From Candidatus Eiseniibacteriota bacterium (GTDB taxonomy: Bacteria; Eisenbacteria; RBG-16-71-46), in assembly GCA_044222065.1 (NCBI GenBank), contig JBGAOA010000101.1, positions 1-10,390 on the forward strand: DNA of 10,390 bases, given 5' to 3'. A program made the translations under genes and the position numbers. How positions within the stretch are numbered: position 1 is the first letter of the stretch; each line of letters opens with the position of its first letter. This document shows positions 1 to 6,113 of this stretch, in pieces. Under the pieces are notes generated by a model. The model saw nothing but the letters and a program-made list of their open reading frames with translations, was not told the DNA's origin and ran no database searches.

Positions 1-160
1 GGTCGAGCGCGCTCTCGTCGTCTTCTTCGGTGCGCGCGACGTCGAAGCTCGCGAACTCCTCGCTGCTCGCGCGGACCGTGCGCGGCGCGCAGGCGAGCGC
101 GCACGCGAGCGCGAGGCCCCACACCCCGGCGAATCGCACGCGCCCGGACGGCGCGCTCAT
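1..160 (-). CDS. Exported protein of unknown function, 5' part only (runs off the window start)
   Basis: Not in the ORF track. The ATG at 160-158 overlaps the aldolase TGA stop (ATGA, 157-160). Manual translation is MSAPSGRVRFAGVWGLALACALACAPRTVRASSEEFASFDVARTEEDDESALD...: basic N-region, hydrophobic core, V-R-A cleavage-like site, then an acidic mature region. Confidence 0.75.
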   Translation of the reverse strand, partial: MSAPSGRVRFAGVWGLALACALACAPRTVRASSEEFASFDVARTEEDDESALD

Positions 161-822
161 GCGATCTCGGCCACCTGCCCGACGGCGCGCGCTTCGCGCA
201 GGCGGCCGACGAACGCCTTCGCGCGCGTCGTGATCTCGCCGAACTGCCCGTTCGCGGCGAGCTTCGGGTCGGCGAGCGCGCCCGCGAGTCCGATGCCGTG
301 GCAGCCCGCGCGCAGGAACGGGATGAAGTTCTCCATCGTCGTGCCGCCCGCGGCGAGCATCGGGATGTCGGGCAGCGGGTCGCGGATGATCTGAACGTAC
401 TGCGGTCCGCCCGCGACGCCGACGGGATAGACCTTCACGACGTGCGCGCCGGCATCGCGTGCGGCGATGATCTCGCCGGTCGTGTACGCACCCGGGCAGT
501 ACATGACGCCCGCGGCGTGCGCGACCTTCGCGACTTCGAGCGACAGGTTCGGCGCGACGATGAACTGCGCGCCGGCATCGAGCGCCGCGCGCGCCTGGTC
601 GGGGTGCAGCACGGTGCCCGCGCCCATCACGACGCCGTCCAGCCCTGCGAGCTCGCGCATCACGCGCGTCGCGTCGGGCACGGTGAACGTGACCTCGATC
701 AGGTGGATGCCGCCCTTCGCGACGGCTTGCGCGCTCTGCAGCGCCTGCTCGGGCGTGGCGGCGCGGATCACCGACAGCAGGCGGTCGATCTTGAGCTGGA
801 TGAACGCGCGGGGATCGCTCAT
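157..822 (-). CDS. eda: KDPG/KHG aldolase family protein (Eda-like class I aldolase), 221 aa
   Basis: Family motifs VIRA, GGIHLIEVTFTVPDA, GAGTVL, AGAQFIVAP, PGAYT and the Schiff-base Lys in VKVYP, plus the GG loop. It closely resembles the Thermotoga-type KDPG aldolase as I recall it. Codon usage is host-like. Confidence 0.92.
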   Translation of the reverse strand: MSDPRAFIQLKIDRLLSVIRAATPEQALQSAQAVAKGGIHLIEVTFTVPDATRVMRELAGLDGVVMGAGTVLHPDQARAALDAGAQFIVAPNLSLEVAKVAHAAGVMYCPGAYTTGEIIAARDAGAHVVKVYPVGVAGGPQYVQIIRDPLPDIPMLAAGGTTMENFIPFLRAGCHGIGLAGALADPKLAANGQFGEITTRAKAFVGRLREARAVGQVAEIA

Positions 823-829
823 GCGCGGC

Positions 830-835
830 AGGATA
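830..835 (-). promoter_or_regulatory. Putative -10 element (TATCCT) for a leaderless eda transcript
   Basis: The minus strand reads TATCCT-gccgcgc-ATG: a TANNNT hexamer 7 nt before the start, with no Shine-Dalgarno, in an otherwise extremely GC-rich spacer. Confidence 0.6.
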
Positions 836-907
836 CGCGCGCGGCGCGTCCGGGCGAAAGGGCGCCGCTCCCGCCGCCGCGGTCTCGCGGGCCCGCCGCC
901 GCGCGGC

Positions 908-913
908 TAGTCT
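908..913 (+). promoter_or_regulatory. Putative -10 element (TAGTCT) for a leaderless glycosyltransferase transcript
   Basis: TAGTCT-cgcggc-GTG(920): a TANNNT hexamer 6 nt before the start, with no SD. Confidence 0.5.
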
Positions 914-919
914 CGCGGC

Positions 920-2410
920 GTGCGTTCCCGAACCGCCCCGGCTCCCGCGCGCGCCGCAGCCCCCGACGCGCGGCGCGACCGGCTCGCGCTCGCGTCGCTG
1001 CTCGCGTTCGCGCTCGCGCTCCGGCTCGCGTTCGCGTTCGGCACCGCGGGTCTCACCATGGATTCGCCGCTCTACGTGCGGCTCGCCGAGGCGATCGCCC
1101 GTGGCGCGCGCGAGCCGTCGCCCGCGCACCACGGCTATTCGATCCTCGTGGCGCTCGCCTCGTTCGTCGCGCCCGGCCGCGAGCTGCCGGGCCGCCTCGT
1201 ATCGCTCGCCGCCTCGCTCGCGAGCGTCGCGCTGCTGTGGTCGCTCGCCCGCCGCGTCGTCTCGCGGCCGTACGCTTTCGCCGCGGGGCTGGCGCTCGCG
1301 CTCCATCCGCTCGCCGCCGTCTACGGCGCGGCCGTCATGACCGAGGCCACGTTCCTCGCGCTCGCGCTCGCGGCGTGGCTCGCCTTCGAGCGCGGCGGCG
1401 CGTTCGCGGGCGGCGCGTGGCTCGGCGCGGGCTACTGGGTGCGGCCCGAGTCGCTCGTGCTCGCCCCGCTCGCGGCGTTGCTCGCGCGTGCGCGCAGGCC
1501 CGCGGCGCTCGCGCTCGCGGGCGCCGTGGCCGCGGGCGCGCTCTACCTGCCGGTGCTGCGCTGGCAGCAGGGCGCGTGGACGCTCACGCCGAAGACGCGG
1601 CTCGTCGAGGCGCGCGCGACGTCGGCGCACGACGCCGAGTGGTCGCTCGCGGATTCCGCGGACGCCGCCGCACGCGCCGCCTCCGGCGCCGCGTCGCCCG
1701 GCGCGCTCGCGCGCGCGGCCACGCGCGACTACGCGCCGCGCCTCGCGGGCCACCTGCGGCGCGTGCTCGACGCGTGGCCGCTGCCGCTGCTCGCGCTCTC
1801 GCTCGCGGGGCTGTGGCGCGTGCGGCCGTCGCCCTGGCTCGCGGCGCTCGCGCTGCCGTTCGCGGACGCGCTCCTCAATGCGCCCGACGACGTGCGTTTC
1901 GCGCTGTTCCTCGTCCCGACGCTCGCGCTGCTCGCCGCGCGCGGCGCCGAACGCCTCGCGTCGTTCGGGCGCGCGTCGCGCGTCGCGCTCATCGCCGCGG
2001 CGATCGGCGGTCTCGCGTGGGCGTGGTTCGGCGCCGCGGGCACGCACGCGATGCGCTTCGACGACGGGCCGATGGCCGAGTTGCGCGGCATCGGCGCGTG
2101 GCTCGGCGCCCACTCCGATTCGGGCGACGCCGTGATGGACCGCAAGGCCTTCGTGCCGTTCTTCGCGAACCGCCGCCACGTCCAGCTTCCCGACGATCCG
2201 CTCCCCGACGTCGTCGCGTACGCGCGGCGCACGGGCGTGCGCTGGATCGTCGTCGAGGAGTACGTGGCCGCGACGATGCGCCCGCAGTTGCGCGAGCTGA
2301 TCGCCGAGCCCCAGGCGGCCGAGGCGCGCCACGGCCTGCGGCTCCGGCACGCGCTGCGCACGGACGAGCGTCGCGGCGTCGCGCTGTTCGAAGTGCTGAA
2401 CGCGCGCTGA
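920..2410 (+). CDS. Multi-TM GT-C fold glycosyltransferase (ArnT/PMT-like, GT39/GT83-type), 496 aa
   Basis: The first TM (ALALRLAF) is followed by the loop motif MDSPLYVRLA. Later motifs are GRLVSL, AVMTEATF and WVRPES. There are many TM segments, an RF-x-LFLVP motif, and a soluble C-terminal domain ending in the typical GVRWIVV...LFEV. Confidence 0.8.
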   Translation: MRSRTAPAPARAAAPDARRDRLALASLLAFALALRLAFAFGTAGLTMDSPLYVRLAEAIARGAREPSPAHHGYSILVALASFVAPGRELPGRLVSLAASLASVALLWSLARRVVSRPYAFAAGLALALHPLAAVYGAAVMTEATFLALALAAWLAFERGGAFAGGAWLGAGYWVRPESLVLAPLAALLARARRPAALALAGAVAAGALYLPVLRWQQGAWTLTPKTRLVEARATSAHDAEWSLADSADAAARAASGAASPGALARAATRDYAPRLAGHLRRVLDAWPLPLLALSLAGLWRVRPSPWLAALALPFADALLNAPDDVRFALFLVPTLALLAARGAERLASFGRASRVALIAAAIGGLAWAWFGAAGTHAMRFDDGPMAELRGIGAWLGAHSDSGDAVMDRKAFVPFFANRRHVQLPDDPLPDVVAYARRTGVRWIVVEEYVAATMRPQLRELIAEPQAAEARHGLRLRHALRTDERRGVALFEVLNAR

Positions 2411-2425
2411 GCGGCGATCCGCCCC

Positions 2426-2479
2426 AAAACGAGAGCGGCGAGTGCGGCCGGATGAAACCGGGTCACACTCGCGCGCTCT
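2426..2479 (-). terminator. Long hairpin followed by a short U-tract (intrinsic-terminator-like); it may also act on the convergent glycosyltransferase transcript
   Basis: The minus strand reads AGAGCG-C-GCGAGTGTG-AC-CCGG-tttcat-CCGG-C-CGCACTCGC-CGCTCT-CGTTTT. Confidence 0.6.
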
Positions 2480-2543
2480 ACAACAAGCTCTCGAGGTGGA
2501 ATCCCTTCCACGAGTCGCCGTCCCTGACGCCCCGAGCCTGCTG
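2426..2543 (-). ncRNA. Candidate ~118-nt sRNA with two ANGGA hexaloop hairpins (Csr/Rsm-sponge-like)
   Basis: A 10-bp basal stem CAGCAGGCTC(2543-2534)/GAGCTTGTTG(2490-2481) encloses the hairpins cgtc-AGGGAC-ggcg and gtgga-AGGGAT-tccac. A terminator-like stem follows. The G-U pairs form only on the minus strand, and a sigma28-like promoter lies directly upstream. Confidence 0.55.
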
Positions 2544-2550
2544 GGGGTAT

Positions 2551-2578
2551 TCATCGGCGGCACCTCCCTCGGGGTTTA
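2551..2578 (-). promoter_or_regulatory. Sigma28 (FliA/SigD)-like promoter TAAA-N16-GCCGATGA
   Basis: Minus-strand cTAAA (2578-2575), a 16-nt spacer, then GCCGATGA (2558-2551). The known consensus is TAAA-N15-GCCGATAA, so there is one mismatch and a spacer one base longer. Confidence 0.55.
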
Positions 2579-2667
2579 GGGCGAATTTCCCCGCGCCGGG
2601 CGCGGCTTCCGTGCACGTCGCCCGCCCGCGGGCGGCCGCCGCGCCGGTGCGCCGTCCGCGGCCCCTC

Positions 2668-2676
2668 TGGCATAGT
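2668..2676 (+). promoter_or_regulatory. Putative extended -10 element (TGnCATAGT) for a leaderless asmA-like transcript
   Basis: TG-G-CATAGT-gccgcgc-ATG(2684). The 7-nt spacer is identical to the one before eda, and there is no SD. Confidence 0.55.
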
Positions 2677-2683
2677 GCCGCGC

Positions 2684-5275
2684 ATGAAGAACCTCCCGCG
2701 CCTCCTGCTCGTGGCCGCCGCCGTCGTCGTCGCCGTCGTGCTCCTCGCCTGGGCCGCGCTCGCGATCCTGTTCCCGCCCGCGAAGGTCCGCGCGCTCGTC
2801 GAGCAGCAGGCCTCGAACGCGCTCGCCCGGCCGGTGCGCTTCGAGAGCGCTTCGCTCGGGCTCTTCCCGCCGGTGCGCCTCTCGATCCGGGGGCTCGCGC
2901 TCGCCGAGCCCGGCGGCTTCGGCAACGGCGCCGCGTTCCAGGCGCAGACGTTCGCGCTCGACCTGGACGCGTTCGCGCTCCTCGGCCGCAAGGTCGTCGT
3001 GAAGCGCCTCGTGCTCGATCGGCCCGCCCTGCACCTCGTCTTGAAAACCGACGGCACGACGAACCTCGACGGGCTCGCGAAGGAGCAGCCGGCGCCCAGG
3101 CCGGGCGAGAAGCCGATGGACCTGCGCGTGGACGCGCTCGAGATCCGCGACGGCCAGGTGCTCGTGGACCGGCTGCTCGCGAAGCAGCGCGTCGCGTTCG
3201 GGATCGGCGCGAAGCTCGCGTTCTCGAGCGAGCAGGGCGGCGCGCGGCTCGCGACGGATGGCCGCACCGAAGTGAGCGACCTCGCGTTCGGCCCGCTGTC
3301 GGCATCGCGGCTCGCCGACCTGAACGGCTCGCTCGCGAAGATCCGCTGGACGCTCGAACACCGCGGCAAGTACGACGCGAACCGGAAGCGGCTCGCGCTC
3401 GAACGCGTGGCGCTCGCGTTCGGCGGCGCGGCGTTCGAGGCCTCCGGGCTCGTGGACGACGTCGGCGCGACGCCGGCCGTGGACCTGAAGGCGAAGGGCG
3501 AGCGCGTGAACCTCGCCGAGATCCTGCGCGTGCTCTCGGCCGCGGACGCGAAGGCGCTCGCGGGCCTCTCGGGCGCGGGCGATCTGTCGTTCGACCTCGG
3601 CATCCGCGGGCGCATGAGCCCGGGCTCGAGCCCGAAGATCAGCGGCACGCTCGCGCTCGCGAACGGCGCGTTCAAGTACGCGAGCGCGCCCGTGGGCGTC
3701 GAGGCGCTGTCGTTCCACGCGAACTTCGCGCCCGACTCGGTCGGCATCGGCGACCTGCGCTGCCGCGTCTCGGGCCAGCCCGTCGCGGCGCAGCTCACGG
3801 CCGTGCGCTTCGCCGATCCGCGCGTCACGTTCGCGGTGCAGGGCAACGTGGACCTGGCCGCGGTCGCCCCGATGGTCGCGCCGAAGGACACGAAGCTCGC
3901 GGGCCGCGCGGCGGTGAACGTGCGCGGCGCCGGGCGCGCGAAGGATCCGGGCTCGATCGTGCTGTCGGGCACGGCGACGCTCGCGGACGTGAGCGTGCAG
4001 TCGCCGCAGCTGCCGTCCAGGCTCGAGCACGTGAAGGGCGACCTCGCGTTCTCGAACGAGCGCGCGACGGTGAAGGGGCTGAGCCTCACGGCCGGCAAGT
4101 CGTCGCTCGCGATGAACGCCACCGTGACGCGCCCGCTCGCGCTCGTGGCGAAGCCCGGCAGCGTCGCGCCCGCGACGGTCGACTTCGACTTCGCCTCGCC
4201 GTACCTCGACGTCGCCGAAGTGCTGCCCGCGGGCGGCGGCGGTCCCGTGCTGCCGAACGCGAACGGCGGCGGCGACGTGCGCATCACGCGGCTCAAGAAC
4301 GGCGCGCTCGACGTGTCGAACGTGAGCGCGAAGGTCGCGCTGGAACCCGCGGTGCTCGTCGTGCCGGCGTTCGGCCTCGACGGCTACGGCGGCCGCGTCG
4401 CGGGCAACGCGCGCTTCGACCTGCGCGACCCCGCGACGCCGGTGACGAAGCTCGTCGCGCGCGTGGACAGCCTGTCGGCCGACGCGCTGCTGAGCGCGTG
4501 GACGCCGGCGAAGGGCTGGCTCGACGCGAAGTTCAACACGAACCTCGATCTCGCGGTCGCGGGCTCGACGCCCGATCAGGTGAAGCGTTCGCTCACCGCG
4601 ATCGGCATCGCGGCGCTCGGCGGCGGCACGCTCGGCCCCGGCCCCGTGCTCGACGAGATCGCGAAGGTCACGCGCATCCCGGCGTTCAGGCAGGTGCGCT
4701 TCAGCGACCTCGACCTGCCGTTCCGGGTCGAGCAGGGCCGCGTCGTGACGAACCCCGTGAAGCTCTCGGGCTCGTACGGCGAGTGGGTGCTCGCGGGCTC
4801 GATCGGCTTCGACGGCGCGCTCGACTACGCCGTCAGCGTGACGCTGCCGCCCGAGGCGGCCGCGGCACTGCAGGCGAAGTCGGCGCTCGCGGCGGGCGCG
4901 CTCAGCGACGACCGGGGCCGCCTGCTGCTCGACCTGCGCGTGCGCGGCTCGGCGAAGGCGCCGAAGGTGGACTGGGACACGCGCGCGATGCGCGACCGGC
5001 TCGCGGGGCGCGCGTCGGAGGCGCTCACCGAGCAGAAGCAGAAGCTGACGGAGACGCTCAAGCCCGCGACGAACCCGCTCACGCTCGCGGCACCCGAGAG
5101 CCTCGCGAAGGTGAAGGAGTCGCTGTCGCGCATCACCGCGGACAGCCTCAAGAAGAGCGCGGGCGATCTCCTCAAGGGCTTCTTCGGCACGAAGAAGAAG
5201 AGCGAGCTCGCCCCGGCTCCCGCCGCGCCGGCTCCCGCCGCGCCGGCTCCGGCCGCCGCCGACAGCGCGAAGTAG
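2684..5275 (+). CDS. AsmA-like family protein (inner-membrane-anchored periplasmic beta-groove protein), 863 aa
   Basis: An N-terminal TM anchor is followed by an AsmA-type N-terminus (KVRALVEQQASNALARPVRFESASLGLFPP...VKRLVLDRPALHLV...DGTTNLDGL). Repeated beta-rich segments contain YGGRVAG. The C-terminus is AsmA-type (GSIGFDGALDY...LRVRGSAKAPKV) with an amphipathic tail DLLKGFFG. ATG 2684 is preferred over GTG 2675. Confidence 0.85.
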   Translation: MKNLPRLLLVAAAVVVAVVLLAWAALAILFPPAKVRALVEQQASNALARPVRFESASLGLFPPVRLSIRGLALAEPGGFGNGAAFQAQTFALDLDAFALLGRKVVVKRLVLDRPALHLVLKTDGTTNLDGLAKEQPAPRPGEKPMDLRVDALEIRDGQVLVDRLLAKQRVAFGIGAKLAFSSEQGGARLATDGRTEVSDLAFGPLSASRLADLNGSLAKIRWTLEHRGKYDANRKRLALERVALAFGGAAFEASGLVDDVGATPAVDLKAKGERVNLAEILRVLSAADAKALAGLSGAGDLSFDLGIRGRMSPGSSPKISGTLALANGAFKYASAPVGVEALSFHANFAPDSVGIGDLRCRVSGQPVAAQLTAVRFADPRVTFAVQGNVDLAAVAPMVAPKDTKLAGRAAVNVRGAGRAKDPGSIVLSGTATLADVSVQSPQLPSRLEHVKGDLAFSNERATVKGLSLTAGKSSLAMNATVTRPLALVAKPGSVAPATVDFDFASPYLDVAEVLPAGGGGPVLPNANGGGDVRITRLKNGALDVSNVSAKVALEPAVLVVPAFGLDGYGGRVAGNARFDLRDPATPVTKLVARVDSLSADALLSAWTPAKGWLDAKFNTNLDLAVAGSTPDQVKRSLTAIGIAALGGGTLGPGPVLDEIAKVTRIPAFRQVRFSDLDLPFRVEQGRVVTNPVKLSGSYGEWVLAGSIGFDGALDYAVSVTLPPEAAAALQAKSALAAGALSDDRGRLLLDLRVRGSAKAPKVDWDTRAMRDRLAGRASEALTEQKQKLTETLKPATNPLTLAAPESLAKVKESLSRITADSLKKSAGDLLKGFFGTKKKSELAPAPAAPAPAAPAPAAADSAK
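5213..5257 (+). repeat. 15-bp tandem repeat (CCGGCTCCCGCCGCG, 2 exact copies plus 1 degenerate) encoding the PAPAA tail of the AsmA-like protein
   Basis: Units at 5213-5227, 5228-5242 and 5243-5257, all in frame. Confidence 0.8.
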
Positions 5276-5350
5276 CGGCCTCGCGGACCCGCACCCCCGG
5301 TGCCTGCTCCGCCGGCGTGCGCCTGCGCCGGCGCGACGCCACGGCGCGCG

Positions 5351-5968
5351 TCAGCGGTAGATGAGCTTCAGCTCGCCCCAGCTCGCGCGGCGCGACGACA
5401 CCGGACCCGTGCAGGCGTGGAAATTGTGCGGGTTGAAGACCGTCACGTCGGCGGCCGTCGCGGTGCCGGAGCAGTCGAGGTCGCCGTCGGTGCTGTTCGA
5501 GCCGACGCGCCCGTTCAGGATCGCGAGATCGCTCGCGTCCACGTCGCCGTCGCCGTCCTGATCGGGCGACGCCCACGGCACGCTGCCGAGCAGCACGCCG
5601 TCGGCGTAGATGCGCACGAGCGAGTTCGCGCACGTCTCGCCGCCCGCGCACAGCGAGAACTGCGCGACGCCGCTCGAGTTCGTGAACTTGCGCACCGTGC
5701 GCGTCGCTTCGAAGAACACGTAGTCGTCGGCGCACGTCGAGCAGAACGCGGGACGATTGCAGTCCGAGAAGTCGAGGAACACGGTCGAGTTCTGGATCGG
5801 GTTCCCCGCGATGTCGCGCACCGTGAGCGAGAACGTCATGTCGCCGCGCGGGCAGCCGACCGCGCACGCGGGCAGTGTCGAGTTGAGCGGCGAAGGCACG
5901 GCGGTCGGTTCGGCGTACGCGCACGGCGCCGCGAGGGCGAGGAGCAGGACGAGAGAAACAAGGCGCAT
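5351..5968 (-). CDS. Secreted Cys-rich protein with an Ig-like (Big_1/invasin-like) domain, dockerin-like paired Ca-binding loops and a C-terminal SWGELKLIYR motif, 205 aa
   Basis: A GGGAGGT SD precedes ATG 5968. The signal peptide is MRLVSLVLLLALAAPCAYA. The Ig-like pattern is TVRDIAGNPIQNSTVFLDF...TNSSGVAQFSL. The loops are DQDGDGDVDASDL and GDLDCSGTATAADV. Confidence 0.8.
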   Translation of the reverse strand: MRLVSLVLLLALAAPCAYAEPTAVPSPLNSTLPACAVGCPRGDMTFSLTVRDIAGNPIQNSTVFLDFSDCNRPAFCSTCADDYVFFEATRTVRKFTNSSGVAQFSLCAGGETCANSLVRIYADGVLLGSVPWASPDQDGDGDVDASDLAILNGRVGSNSTDGDLDCSGTATAADVTVFNPHNFHACTGPVSSRRASWGELKLIYR

Positions 5969-6113
5969 GGCGACCTCCCGGAAGCGCGGGACCGAAGACG
6001 AGGAAAGTGCCGGAGAGTGTCGCGCCGAAGGCGCGGAGTTCGCAACGCCGAAATGCTCCCGCGCCCGCGAATTCCGCGGGCCCGGTGGCGGACGCCGGCA
6101 GTCAGCCACGCGC

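Noticed and set aside
2552..2567. Minus-strand GGAGGTG-N6-ATG (2554) that looks like an SD plus start codon
   Set aside because: The frame runs through the RNA hairpins and then codon-aligned antisense into the glycosyltransferase gene, with no protein-like character. The same bases are better explained as the sigma28-like spacer and -10, though a coding role is not fully excluded.
1729..4296. Minus-strand ORFs 1729-2511, 2478-3305, 2551-4296 and 2576-4030
   Set aside because: They are antisense to the glycosyltransferase and asmA-like genes, low in complexity, and lack motifs.
5310..5333. GC hairpin CGCCGGCG-N8-CGCCGGCG between the convergent genes as a terminator
   Set aside because: It has no U-tract on either strand, and such stems arise easily by chance at this GC content.
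298..5364. 1688-aa + strand ORF
   Set aside because: It is an Arg/Ala/Pro-rich shadow frame overlapping three well-supported genes. Long stop-free frames are expected at this GC content.
6063..6081. Hairpin GCCCGCG-aattc-CGCGGGC downstream of the OM protein gene
   Set aside because: It is a 7-bp all-GC stem without a U-tract. It could be a terminator or operator, but there is not enough support.
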